In this document: positions 1 to 12,144 of the stretch, in pieces
Layout: each line of letters begins with the position of its first letter
Numbering within the stretch: the stretch's first letter is position 1
NCBI GenBank assembly: GCA_040954595.2
Contig: CM082577.2
Span: forward strand, 15,879,903 to 15,943,902
Direction: 5' to 3'
Origin: Balanoglossus misakiensis
Taxonomy: Eukaryota > Animalia > Hemichordata
Length of the DNA stretch: 64,000 bases
The notes under the pieces: model-generated
What the model was told of the DNA's origin: nothing
The model's input: the letters and a program-made list of their open reading frames with translations, nothing else
Databases searched by the model: none
Program-made: the position numbers and the translations under genes

Positions 1-3000
1 TTGGATCATTGGGCTGCCATCGTTCGGTCCCCGACAAATGCAGTACTGGTCATTCCCTGGGCTTTCGGTTTCCCCCGTGTCGTTGGCTATGTTTGCCTGG
101 TGCCTAACGATCCACTGGGGTAAGACCCGATCCCTACATAGTTTGATCCTGTCATGGTGCACAGTCATCTCTGCCCTTTTCAACCTCACTTTGTACAGGT
201 ATGGGGAGAATTTCCCAATGATCACGGCTGGGCCCTTCCAGGGGGGACTGAGCTTGCGACATTTCCCTTTTGTGGTGGCGGTATCTAAAATGTATACACA
301 ATCCCCCACCCCATAAGCTTTGGTGTGTGTTCTCAAATCATAGTCCCTTTTCATCCGTTCCTGGGTGGCCCTTAAGGTATTACGGGCGGTTTCATGGGCC
401 GTGCTGATTGCTCTCTCCAATTCCCTAACATACCCCTCGGCCCTTTCCCCTTCATTGGAAAACTTGTCAGTGCTGTCTTTCCCCTGCCCTGTGGTCACCC
501 CAAACACCAGATCTGCTGGCAAGTTAAGTTCCCTTCCCAACATTAAACGGTTTGGCGTGTACCCTGTGCTGCGATTCACTGATGCGCGCATTGCCCCTGC
601 TATCTGGGGTAGGTGTACATCCCACTCGCGCTGATTTCCGATGAAGCAACGCACTGCGTCCATGAGCGTACGGTTATTTCGTTCTGCCTGGCCATTCGCG
701 GACGGTCTATAAGGGGTCGTTCTGCATTTGTGAATACGCAACAGCTCGCAAATCGCTACGAAAAGTTGGCTCTCGAAATTACGCCCCTGGTCGGTAAAGA
801 TCTCGAAAGGGTACCCGAAGCGCGCAAAGAATTCATTCACTGCTGCCTGGGCGGTGACCTCCGCCGTTTGTGACGGTAGTGGGATACACTCCACCCATTT
901 TGAGAACTGATCGACCATCATCAGGATGTATTCGTTTCCCCCTTGTGTCTTGGGGAGGGGCCCGAGAAAGTCCAGATGGACTCGCTCCATGGGGGAGCCT
1001 GCATGGAAACTTTTCATCTCTGCCCTGCCATACCGGTGGGTTTTCTTGTTCTGACTACACTCTGGGCATGTGGCCACAAAATCCTTCACTTCCTCATGCA
1101 TTTTGTACCAGACGTACTTCTGTTTTATTCTGGACAAGGTCCGTTGGGCACCTTGATGTCCGGCAGATGGGATAGTGTGATTCAAGTCTATGACTTCCTC
1201 CTTCATGTCTCGGGGGACTACAAATAATTTGTGGCCTGAGTCAATTTCCTCCCTCCATAAGACTCCATCAATCACACAGAACAATTCCCGGTTCACCCAA
1301 TAATTCTTGGCGGCTGGGCTTGATAGCATAAGTTTCCCTTCTAGGGGTTCTTTCCCTGTCTCAACCCAATGCAATAAATCGCTAAGGTCTGGGTCTTTTT
1401 GTTGCATTTCCCGGAATTCGGCCATGCTTACCCCGACGATAGCTGTGCCCTCCTGCTTTTCACTGGCACGCGTTACTACATATGCTTTGGGCTTCCCCTG
1501 TTCTCTATCCCAACCCTGTTCGATATCAATGTGGGATTGGGGGGCTTCCAACCAATTTCCCTCATGCACATTTCGGCCCTCGTATGACTCGCCTGGGTCC
1601 CAAGGCCAAGGTGGACAGTCACACCCCTGGGGAATTGGTGTGTCCCGGCCTGGGGATAAGGTTTCCCCCGGCGGAGATTCTGCCCCTGGTGTGTCGCTGA
1701 CCGTCTTCCCCTGCCCTATTGCCCTAGCTAAGGGGACCACATCGTCTACCTCCTCTATGAAAGCACTCCATCTCGAGTGGGCCTTCTCACAGTAGTTACA
1801 ACCCCCACAAGGAAGGTCTTGGGGGCTTATCCCATGGCTGAAATTGGAACATTGCTTGGGGTCTTGCACCCGTGAGAGTGCGTCGGCGTTTACATGTTTC
1901 TTCCCCGGGCGGTGCTCTACCTTCATGTCATATTGACTCAGCTCTTCGAGCCAACGGGCTAACTGTCCCTGGGGTTCCTTGAAACTAAGTAGCCAAGTCA
2001 AACTGCTGTGGTCAGTCCTTAGTAGGAAACGCTTCCCTAGCAAATAATGGCGATACTGCCGGGTAAACCTAATTACGGCCAACAGTTCTTGTCTAGTGGT
2101 GCAATACCGGCGCTGTTCAGGGGTCATGCTTACGCTGCCATACGCCACTACCCGTTCCCTACCACCCTGCACCTGAATTAACTCTGCCCCAAGCGCATGG
2201 TTTGACGCATCGGTATCTAATATGAATGGGTCTTCGTCGTTGGGCAAAGTCAGCACTGGTGGCGACATTAGCGCGGTCTTAATTTCTTCGAATGCGCTTT
2301 GCTGTTCGGGTCCCCATGCGTATGCCTGTTTCCCTGTGATTGCGTATAGGGGGGCGGCCATTTCTGCAAATCCCTTAATGAACGAACGATGGTAATTCGC
2401 AAGCCCTAGGAAACTCTCGACTTCCCTTGTCTTTGTGGGGCGGGGCCATTCTGCAATCGCGCGGATGGAGTCTGCCTCCAACTCGATGGAATTTTGCTTT
2501 ACCCTGCGCCCAAGGAAGGTCACTTCCGTGCAGAACAATTCGCATTTCCTTGGTTTTAACTTGAGCTGATAGTCACGCATGCGCTGGAAAACACCGCGCA
2601 AGTTCTGTAGATGGTGGTCAAAATCGGTCCCTAGTACCATAATGTCGTCCAGAAATGCGAGGACGACATCCCAGGTCAAACCCCGCAACACTAAATTCAT
2701 TACCCGTGAGTAAGTGGCTGGGGCATTGCACAACCCGAAGGGCATTCTAGTAAACTCAAAGAGCCCGTACTTGGTGACAAATGCAGTTTTCTTACAATCA
2801 GCGGGGTCAACCCTCACCTGCCAATAGGCGGAATTTGCGTCTAGTTTGGAGAACCAACGGTTTCCGGACAGCGTGTCCATACAGTCTTCGATTAACGGAA
2901 GAGGGAACACGTCCTTAGCCGTTTGGTTGTTTAACGCGCGGTAGTCTACACACCAACGCACGCTGCCGTCGCGCTTGCGAACTAGAACAGGGGCGGATGC

Positions 3001-4392
3001 CCATTCCGATACGGAGGGCCGAATGACCTTTGCATCAAACATTTTCTTCAAATGCGCTTCTTCCTCGCCTGCGAAACAACGCGGTGTGCGGCGCATCTTT
3101 TGTTTGACAGGTCTCGCGTCCCCAGTGTCAATGCGATGGCTAAGGGCGGTAAAGTTCCCAAGATCAAATTCATTGGCTGCAAACACGTCTTGGTAATCAT
3201 TCAACAGCTCTTTGAGTTTGTCTGTCTCCCCCGGACTCAGATTTGTACATGATTTTTGGAACAGGTCCTCTAAATGGCCGGGCACGTCTGGCTTGTCAGT
3301 TTCCCTTTTCCCCAGTGAGGCCTCAACTTTCTGGACAGTGATTTCTTCCGTTGTCCCAGGGGGGCCCACTACCTCGACTTCAGATGCTGTTGCCACCAGC
3401 TTTCCCTTGCTAAGGGTGACTGATCTATCGGATGGGTTAACTAAGCATACTTTGGGCAACCGTCCCCCACTATTGACTGTCCTTGGCACTATCACCCGTA
3501 AATTCCCCACTGGCTCGATGATATACTCGGACAAAGGGCAATCCATCCCACAACGTACCCTTACTACTGAATTTGGGGGAATTCTAGTCCGTTTGGGCAA
3601 CGTGACCTTTGCCACTTTCTTTTTTACCCCTTCCCGACCATAGGTCATGTGTACAACTTCACCCCCAAACCGCAACTGATTTCTTCGCATATCTAGGATC
3701 ACTCTCCTCGACCGCATAAAGTCTGCCCCTAGCAACATGTCATCTCCTATCGGCGCTACATACACGTCCTCTGTGAATTTGGTCTTTCCCAACTTCAGGC
3801 GCAAGGGACCTACTTTATGGGCTTTCATTTCCATTTCCCGCCCTGCAGTTTGCATGATGGTGGTTTTGAGGACTGGGGGGCGGTTCCCAAGACGGCTATA
3901 GAGGCGGTCTGAAATGATGGTGACTTCTGCTGCCGTGTCTACTACTGCCTGTACTTTAATCCCTTCGACTAAAATAGGTACACTATACATAGACCCTGAC
4001 ACTAACTGACAAATGGTTATGGGCTGGGTGTCTTCACCGCTGGAGATTTCGTTTTCTGTGGATCCGTCGGTGTCCGAGTTCAGGGAATCATACTCCTGTT
4101 CGTCCACCAACTCCTCCGACGGACCGTACTGTTCGTCGGTTCGAGCCTCCCTAGGGTGTATGTAGAACCCGTGCCCTTGTGACGTATCGTCAGCGTGGGT
4201 ATCTAAAGTGGCCTGACACACTGACCCCCCTTCTCGGACTTTGGCACCACCCTTGGTGTCAGTGTGTGCTGTCACTCTGCCAATTTCATTCCCTCCCCCC
4301 TTTACTTTGGGACCATTTCCCTTGAGTATTGGGCCCTTTTGTGGCTCTTGGGTCAAACTTAGGCCCTCTGGTCTGACCCTTTCCCGTTTAAA
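1..4392 (-). CDS. pol: Gypsy Pol polyprotein (protease, RT, RNase H, integrase), -1 frame relative to gag, runs off the window start
   Basis: Manual translation gives AVVDTAAEVTII (~3920-3950), VLAFLDDI (~2641-2660), FILDTDAS (~2203-2226), integrase CPEC (~1057-1068) and WKGP (~229-240). All motifs checked lie in the same frame. Probably absent from the ORF track because no stop falls inside the window. Confidence 0.9.
4331..4392 (-). promoter_or_regulatory. -1 ribosomal frameshift signal: U UUA AAC slippery heptamer plus predicted H-type pseudoknot
   Basis: Minus strand reads TTTAAAC GGGAAA GGGTCAGAC CAGA GGGCCT AA GTTTGACCC AAGAGCCACAAAA GGGCCC. The heptamer is in the gag frame and pol is in the -1 frame. 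Confidence 0.85.
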
Positions 4393-6401
4393 TGCTCAGC
4401 GAATGTTACCCGCTTCTCCCTGGAATCTGGGGTTACTCTTTCCCTTCCCTTGGGGCATTCCCTACGGAAGTGTCCAGGTTCCCCACAGTTAAAGCATTCC
4501 CGTCCCCTAGGGGAGGGTGACCGAGACCGGCCTGCCTCGCGTGAGGATAGGGCAACCACTGTCTTTCTCAAACTCTCTAAAGTCTTGGCCATTTCAGTCA
4601 TTCGTTCGTTAAGGGTATTTATCCCGCGACTGGGACTCTGGCTCGGGCTACGTGGGGTTCGAAACCTCTCCCGTGAGCCCGTTCCGCCGTCGGTGGGTGA
4701 TAAAGCCCGATCTCTGGGGGGTCGCTCCTGAGCGGCTGATCGCACACGTACAAATTCGCCGTCGCTATCTGTCTCAGATGTTACTCGCTTTACTTCGCGT
4801 CGCGAGATTCGGCGGCCGAAGATTTCGCGATTGTTGTATTGGAACCAACGTATTTGGTCTATGGCTTCTTCCATGGAGGATACGCGTTGGTTAGCAACTG
4901 AAAGCCCTGCCTCGCGATCTGCGCATCCCTGACAAAACTTCATTATCGCCTGACGGTCCATAGCGCGCTCCGTCAGTTCAGGGAAAGCGTTTGCCGCGAG
5001 GGACAGTAGTCGATCTGCCCACTTTTCAAGTGACTCCCCTTCCTTCTGATGTGACTGCTGAAATCTCATCTGCGCGGTTTCTTGTAATTCTTGGCGCCCG
5101 AAACGCTTTTCAAGCTTACTAATCAGCCGCTGGTAGCTGATATTCCGCTCGCGCCTGAGTAATGTTGAGTGAAATTCGCTGGCGTCGCCGTCTAAGCAAA
5201 AACACAAGCAACATTTGCGTTCGCTTTCCGTCCAACCCTGGGCATCCGCGTAGCTGGTGAATTTATCGAAAAACACGCTCCACTTTCTCTCCCCAGTGTA
5301 AACTAACGTTTTGGGCGTATTAAACATCCTAGAGCTGAAGGCGGGCCCTTCCCTACCCCCACCTTGCCTCATGCCCGTGAAGGACGTTTCACCATAAGGG
5401 TGGCTTGGCTGCACATTCCCATACGTCGGAGTCCAGGTGACATTGGATGGGGCGTATGGGCTAGGACTGCTTCCCACTTGAGGGGGTGGGCCATTGTACG
5501 TGGGATAGGGGGTCCCCGGTACTTGAGGCGCGCCACCACGGTTTTCGGTGGGAAATCGCCAATCCCCGCGTTCGTAAGGGCTGGCTGGGAGCGGTGTGGA
5601 CCCCATCGGGTATGGTGGTGGTGGGGTAAAATACCTTGGGAAGGGGTCTGTTGGATACGGTGGAGACACCCCAACCTGGTTCCCTGGGTAACGGCCTTGC
5701 TCTGTTGTGTGAAAATTATCCCTGTCTCGGGGTGCCCCATAATTTGGTGTTTGACCCTTGGGAATTATTGGCTCGTGTTCTCCCCCTTCCCCTTCATCTG
5801 GGCCTGACCCTTCATGGCCATTAAGTGAAAAACGGACCCTACGCTGCAAAGCACTTCTGGGTTGGGTTCCAGGACCCCCCTCCCCATAACTGGCTCTTCT
5901 TGATCCCTTGGGGTACTCGCTTGCTGTGGGAGGGTAACCCCCACTATCCAATTCCTGACGTTGGCCAATTTTCTCCCTTCCCTCGGGAAATGGGGTTGTC
6001 CTGGGCCTTGTACTATTCCCCCTTCCATACTCCAGTGATAACTGATCTATTTTGCTAGCCAGCTCTGAAAGTGGGATTTCCGGTGGCCCCTGAAATTTCC
6101 CTGTTTTGCGTGCATTTCTGCGGGACGGTGTCTGCTGGTCCTCATCACTACTGCTGCTGTAGGTATTTGAGTGGGTCGGGGCTGGAGGAAACTCAGCTTC
6201 CCTGATGTCATAGGACACCAATTCGTGAAAGTCAAGTGTGGGCCTGAAACGGGGGATTTCCCCTAGGATTTCCTTTGAGACCCTCCCATACCTACTTCTG
6301 GCTCTCATAATTGCCTTTGCCACTTTCTTTCCCACCCCAGGCAAGGTCTTAAGGGTCGTAAAGTCACACGTATTAATATAGACTGGACCCTTGCAGGCCA
6401 T
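4359..6401 (-). CDS. gag: Gag with N-terminal helix-hairpin-helix domain, Pro-rich linker, capsid-like domain and CCHC zinc knuckle
   Basis: 690-aa ORF 4359..6431, first ATG at 6401. Contains CFNCGEPGHFRREC knuckle, capsid-like region (WSVFFDKF...QKEGESLEKWADRL) and N-terminal YINTCDFTTLKTLPGVGKKVAKAI. Confidence 0.9.
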   Translation of the reverse strand: MACKGPVYINTCDFTTLKTLPGVGKKVAKAIMRARSRYGRVSKEILGEIPRFRPTLDFHELVSYDIREAEFPPAPTHSNTYSSSSDEDQQTPSRRNARKTGKFQGPPEIPLSELASKIDQLSLEYGRGNSTRPRTTPFPEGREKIGQRQELDSGGYPPTASEYPKGSRRASYGEGGPGTQPRSALQRRVRFSLNGHEGSGPDEGEGGEHEPIIPKGQTPNYGAPRDRDNFHTTEQGRYPGNQVGVSPPYPTDPFPRYFTPPPPYPMGSTPLPASPYERGDWRFPTENRGGAPQVPGTPYPTYNGPPPQVGSSPSPYAPSNVTWTPTYGNVQPSHPYGETSFTGMRQGGGREGPAFSSRMFNTPKTLVYTGERKWSVFFDKFTSYADAQGWTESERKCCLCFCLDGDASEFHSTLLRRERNISYQRLISKLEKRFGRQELQETAQMRFQQSHQKEGESLEKWADRLLSLAANAFPELTERAMDRQAIMKFCQGCADREAGLSVANQRVSSMEEAIDQIRWFQYNNREIFGRRISRREVKRVTSETDSDGEFVRVRSAAQERPPRDRALSPTDGGTGSRERFRTPRSPSQSPSRGINTLNERMTEMAKTLESLRKTVVALSSREAGRSRSPSPRGRECFNCGEPGHFRRECPKGRERVTPDSREKRVTFAEHLNGKGSDQRA

Positions 6402-6951
6402 TTTGACGTGGTCTAGTGGCCCCTTAAACAAACTAATAATTAACTACACACTCGACAACACGTAGGATTTACACGAGTGAACCTCTTTTATTAACAGAAA
6501 TAATCACCACAGACAAAAACTCACTCCCACACAAAAGAAACTTGAATGCTATACTAAAGAAAACTTCTGCGCATGCGCCGAACGCCGCACCCCAAACACG
6601 TTTTTGGTAATGAGGACCCCTCTAACAATAGAATGGGACCCTATGCCAAGATGGCGGCCAAATTTCCGCCCACGCTGTTTTGGGAAAAAACACAGAAATT
6701 TCAATATAAACGCTTCCTAAACCCCGGTACCTACCCAGCACCGACTCTAACTTTCCTCAAAAAATCCCTGCGGTCCCTGAGAGTTTGCCCAGTGTTTTCC
6801 TGCCCTGGCTATCCCCGATTTCTCGTTTTTTCTTACCCCAGAAAAAACCCCACGTCTTACCCGGACGCTATCGCTGGACTCCGGCCACAAAAACACCACT
6901 CTCCCCCGCTATTCACAAAAAAACGTTTCCCCGCACAAAGTAAGTACACAG

Positions 6952-6964
6952 GCTCGCAGCGCCA
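6952..6964 (-). promoter_or_regulatory. Primer-binding site, tRNA-Ser-like
   Basis: TGGCGCTGCGAGC directly after the LTR-terminal CA, complementary to a tRNA-Ser-type 3' end. Confidence 0.7.
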
Positions 6965-6965
6965 A

Positions 6966-7166
6966 TGTTGCGAAAGCCGATATGCTCACCTTAGATAAAG
7001 GTAAAAGGATACTGCGTAGTAGGTAGGCTGAATAACTTGTAGAATCTCTCGGAGCTCAGATAAAAGCGTGTAGCTGAAAGCTGGTCTCGTAGAAGAAGGG
7101 TCGAACTATATCCGCCCAAGGGGTGAGTAGGGTCAGTGACGTCATCACGGATGTAGATTCACAACA
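6966..7166 (-). repeat. Putative 5' LTR (~201 bp) of the Gypsy element
   Basis: TGTTGCGAA...TTCACAACA inverted termini adjacent to the PBS. The second LTR is outside the window, so the distal boundary is unconfirmed. Confidence 0.6.
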
Positions 7167-8399
7167 CTGGTTTCGTCGTTTCGTTGTTTCGCAAAGTATA
7201 ACTAGCCACAGTAGACATGGCTCTCCCATTTACAAAAAATACTCCAGAAATGTGCGATGTGCAGTGTGTGTTTGTGGTATGATGTGTATTCACAACCAGT
7301 GTGTTTGTTGAGGATGAGCAATTGAAATGGTTTTGGACCCTCACTAGCATTAACATTTCTCCTATCCCTTTCTATGACTTGATGGCAAAACATACTGGTT
7401 CATGACTCCTTGTTACATTTTTCATCATTTTTCTTGGGTGATTTAATTTTTTTTACTTAATGTATTTTTAACAGTTTTTATGGTTTCAGTTCTATTTGTT
7501 CATTCTGATCTTTCTCTTTATAAATGTGTGTTGTTTTATTCTCAATGTTTTCAGTCTTTGGGACTCTATACTAAATACTTTTTAAGCAAAGCTCTCATTG
7601 AGCGAGGTTTTAAAAACGTATCCCCCTAATGCCATTCTGAATGCTCAGTTTGTAAGGAATATACTCAACGCAAGTACAAAATGGTCTCCGTTCCTTTTCA
7701 TAAATCTACAGTATTAATTTCCTCTGCTCTTTCCGAAGCAAAATCTCTGCCTGTGTGCTTCCACTACAAGCATTTTTACTGTACGTACGAAATAAGTATG
7801 CACAATTTACACTGCGAGTGTGGGGCTTTAAACTAGCTCTTAATTTAACAAAATATCATGCTAAACTGTACTATAATTAATAATAGTATGCCATGCCGAA
7901 GCCTAGCTCTGTATCGAGCCTTTTTCGCTTAGAGGGGCGGCGGCCTAAAGCTTATAAAAGAACTCATGCACAGCCAAATTTAGGCGGAAAATGTCATGTT
8001 GTGTACTGACTGATAATATACTGTCATTTCACCCCAGCTATGCGCTCCAAAACTGATATGGCATTAACACCAGAGGATGTGTACTGATCTGAGTGAATCA
8101 GATCCCGTGAGGAGTACGGTGCCCAGAGTACACGTATCCAGAGAAATGCCAATAGTTTTGCTACATCTTCGCCCGCCATGTTGCAAGGTCGACCTTGTTC
8201 TCCAGAAAATTAGTCCATGGGCCAGGACCCGATTTTTCATGAATTGGTATCAGAAAGATGGACAAAGCCTCATGTGGTTTTTTGGAAAGGCCTATATCTC
8301 TAGATTATGAATTGGGGTGATAGCCCTGCCTATCGAGTAGCTTTCTGCATTTTTTCCCTCAAAAACTAATATAAGAACATAAAAATTTCCGACCCAAAT

Positions 8400-9495
8400 T
8401 TTGGGGGTAGGGGAACTTTAAATTGCTGTAACTCCAGCAAAACTAAAGCCAGAACAGTCATTTACCACTCAAATTGTGTGTTTTTTAGAACTCTACCAAT
8501 ATAATATATTTTGGTGGTAATTCGTTTTGAATTGAGGTCAGTAGAGGTCAAAAGGTCATGAAATTTGGGTCATTCTGAAAATTTGTAGTATGACTATTTC
8601 TTGAACGATTTTTTTGAACTTAAGTCTTTAAATGTCATTTACAAGATAAAATACTCTCCCAGAATCTATTTCAAACCAATAGAAAACCTTATTATTCATT
8701 TATGACCAGAAAAACACAAATAAAGAGAAACGACAGAAAGACATCCAATTTTCCACTCAGATTTAAGGGTAGGGGAAACTTAAGTTCTTGTAACTCCGGC
8801 AAAAATAAACCCAGAACAGTCATCTACCACTCAAATTGTGTGTTTTTTAGAACTCTGCCAATATAATATATTTTGGTGGTAATTCGTTTTGAATTGAGGT
8901 CAATAGAGGTCAAAAGGTCATGAAATTTGGGTCATTCTGAACATTTGTAGTATGACTATTTCTTGAACGATTTTTTTTAACTTAAGTCTTTAAATGTCAT
9001 TTAGAAGATAAAATACTCTCCCAGAATCTATTTCAAACCAATAAAAAACCTATTATTCAATTACGATCAGAAAAACACAAATACAGAGATACGGAAGAAT
9101 GGCACAAGACTTCAGACCCTGATATTGGGGTAGGGGAAACTTAAGTAGTTGTAACTCCGGTCAAAATAAAGCCAGAGCAGTCATCTACCTCTCAAATTGT
9201 GTGTTTTTTAGCACTCTACCGATTGTAATATGTATTTGTTGCAATTTTATTTTGAATTTAGGTCAAAGAGGTCAAAAGATCACAAGATTTGGGTAATTTC
9301 GAAAAATTATGGTACGAACATTTCCCGCATTAATTTTTTAAACCCAAGTCTTCAAATGCCATTTATGAGATAAAATACTCTACACGATTTTTTTCAGACC
9401 AATTGAAGACCTTATTATTCAATTAAAGTCAGAAAAAAAATTAGTAGAGAAACTGGATAATAACAAACAATTCCCACGGATTTTGGGGTAGGTTT
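8400..9495 (+). repeat. ~361-bp subterminal tandem repeat (3 copies); mirrored at ~14655-15750
   Basis: GGGTAGGGGAA(A)CT...ACTCCRGCAAAA...CTCAAATTGTGTG recurs at ~8406, 8767 and 9128. Confidence 0.9.
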
Positions 9496-10654
9496 GGCCA
9501 TCTAACAGGTAAGTATACACCCAACTGATCATGCACATATGGTGTTTAGGAGAACGGATGTGCAGATTTGTGAACCTTTGCATGCTGCTCATGTGCACTG
9601 TACTTGTATGATGATTCCTAACAATACTACGAGAAGGGGCCATTATAGCATTGTAGCTCTGATTGTGTATTATTGTTGGATACCATCCTACAGTGTACAG
9701 GCACAGCAGATGACAAGTCAAGCAAAGGTTCAAAAATCTGCTTATTTTTTTTCCTCAACACAATATGAGCATGATCTATTTATATTCAGGTCTACTATAA
9801 TAAATAAAAAATGGCAAACCCATCTTCTATTCCACACGAGGGCTCGACGGGATTGTTTTCTCGACTGTCATGAATCCGACCATAAAGCAAGCCTCGTCAC
9901 TCTACAAGATCACGCCTTCTGGATAACTTTGCTGAATACAGCTAACATACAAAAATACAAACCAATTCAGGACCTCGCCATTGGTTTGGGCGAAGGTGAA
10001 ATTCCTCAGGTGCAGTGCCATCGGAAATGCCGAAGTCTCTTTACGATGAAAAAGGCTCTTGAATCTATCCTTTCTAAAGAGCAGTCGTCATCAACTGAGG
10101 GAACCAATACACTGGAACGTGAAAAAAGGTCGAGCATACAAGGGTCTCGGGTGTACGATCATATTTGCATATTTTGCTCCACCACCAAGTACATGAAGGG
10201 AAGTAGGACAAGAGCTCCTTTAGTTCGTTGTCATCAATTGCGTGCGGACAACACATTAAGGGAGGCAGTAACAAGAAAAAATGACAGTAAAATTCGTGCA
10301 CTTCTCAGTCGTGAGTTGGTTGCTGCTGAGGGTCACTATCATAGAGCAGGTTCAAGTCATATGGAGGTTGATGAAAGTCAACATGATCAAGATACTAGTT
10401 ATGAGGATGTCCTGCAAATTGCTCAAGAAGAGTTATTTTCTTTTATCAGAAATGATTTGTCCACAAACCCTGAGGTAGTTCCCCTGACTGATCTATCAAA
10501 CAAGTTAGTTACCAAAATGCTCCAACTTGGTGTTAAACAGGTTAACAATTCCACCAACAAAACTTGCAGCATACGCTAAATACGGAATTCAAAGGGACAT
10601 TGATTTTTTTAGATGATGTAAATGGTAGGGTGCTTGTATATCCGTCATCACTAG

Positions 10655-11176
10655 TGTTACGATCTGTATAAAGGTCAAATGCGATTTCAAGGGTTAATTA
10701 ATCCAGAGCTCGGAAATGTCAATGTTTGATAGTATTTGATTTTATGTATTTGAAGTAGATAGGGAGAGCGGGTGTTTAACTGACTGCTCTGATTGTCAAT
10801 CATCACCGAACTGACTTTGTTATATAACACCTTATGTAAATTGGTTCGTATAGAGTTGACTGATGCCCAATGAAATTGTAACACATATATTTTACATTAT
10901 TAACCACGCCTTGAGAAAAGTAATTATAAGAGAACTTTGTTTCCAAAGTTGAAAAAAGAATAATCTAACGGGAGATGGGAGTACCTCAGGCTACTGAGTT
11001 CGTTCCCTTCCTCATGTACTTTACTGGGCGTATTTGATGTACTGGAGTAGTTCTGGACAATAAATGAACGTGAATCAGATACGTGTCTCCGTGGATCACT
11101 GTTCTCGTCAGAGCCCGATACCTCATCGCTACAGATTCCCCAATGCATGAACAATCATGAGAAACCAGCCGTAATA
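10655..11176 (+). repeat. 5' LTR (522 bp, TG...TA)
   Basis: Direct repeat of 13132-13653; both give identical ORF-track peptides. Confidence 0.95.
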
Positions 11177-11190
11177 CATGGTGGAGATAC

Positions 11191-12144
11191 GTGGGTAGAC
11201 GAAACAAATCCATCGGAGACAGAAACAAATCCATCGGAGACAGAAACGGCGACGTCCAGCGGAAAGATTACAGCATGGATCGCGAGATGCTAAACGACAT
11301 GAACAGTCAAATATCGGAAATACGACAGGTTACACTCAGAGCTGGAGGTCAGGTAGGCCCAGGTTTCTTTTCGGCTACAGAGACTGAGAATGCACACCGA
11401 TGGTGGAAAAAATATATAGACTTTGCTGACTTTAAGCAATGGTCAGACGAGAAACGGCTTAAAGGAATCGGACTATATTTGACTGGTGAAGCGGAGCGAT
11501 GGTTCTACAGACTGTCTGCTGAAAAGAAAAATGACTTGACGACACTGCAAAATGTCTTCCTCGCTCGTTTTGATAAGTGCGGTCCGATGTGGCTGTATGA
11601 CGAGAAACTGTTTCGCCTGAAGCAACAGCCGGACCAGACTGTTGAACAATATGCGGAATTAATATGCGAAAAAGCAGAAAAAGCGAAAAAGACTGATGAG
11701 GAAATACTATCTTTCTTCATGAACGGACTGAGACCGGACATACTAAAGTTCGTAGCGGGAATGTCACCTGAGGACTTCGAAACAGCGTACAAACATGCTC
11801 GAACAGCAGAGGTCGTGGCAGGATTACCAGAGACAGACGAGCCAGAAGCGGGTCTTTTACAACAAATCTCGACACGGATTGACGAGATGAAACAAGAAGA
11901 TCAAGAAATGAAGACCAAATCAAGCGCGGCAGATCATCGAGGACGATCGACAAAAAGAGAGAAGAAATCGCCGAATTACAGAGCAAGAGAACGAACAATA
12001 GACTATAAGGTAAAGAGGAACATATATAATTTTACTGGGCACTCTACCCAACGTTTTCCTCGACATAGTCAATTTAATTCCCGTGCATGTTTTAATTGTG
12101 GGCGTTACGATCATATAGCTAGAAATTGTTCAAAATATGCGTAA
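11191..12144 (+). CDS. gag: Gag protein (retrotransposon gag domain plus CCHC knuckle)
   Basis: 317-aa ORF with YLTGEAERWF, LKQQPDQTVEQY, FMNGLRPDI and CFNCGRYDHIARNC. First ATG is near 11275. Confidence 0.9.
   Translation: MGRRNKSIGDRNKSIGDRNGDVQRKDYSMDREMLNDMNSQISEIRQVTLRAGGQVGPGFFSATETENAHRWWKKYIDFADFKQWSDEKRLKGIGLYLTGEAERWFYRLSAEKKNDLTTLQNVFLARFDKCGPMWLYDEKLFRLKQQPDQTVEQYAELICEKAEKAKKTDEEILSFFMNGLRPDILKFVAGMSPEDFETAYKHARTAEVVAGLPETDEPEAGLLQQISTRIDEMKQEDQEMKTKSSAADHRGRSTKREKKSPNYRARERTIDYKVKRNIYNFTGHSTQRFPRHSQFNSRACFNCGRYDHIARNCSKYA

Larger units (their letters stand above)
1..7166 (-). mobile_element. Ty3/Gypsy LTR retrotransposon, apparently intact; 3' end lies outside the window
   Basis: On the minus strand: candidate 5' LTR, tRNA PBS, gag ORF, then pol in PR-RT-RNaseH-IN order. 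Confidence 0.95.

Noticed and set aside
38-6058. Plus-strand ORFs over the Gypsy element
   Set aside because: Antisense to gag/pol with no recognisable motifs.
11179-11195. tRNA gene
   Set aside because: Only a short complement of a tRNA 3' end (PBS); no cloverleaf.
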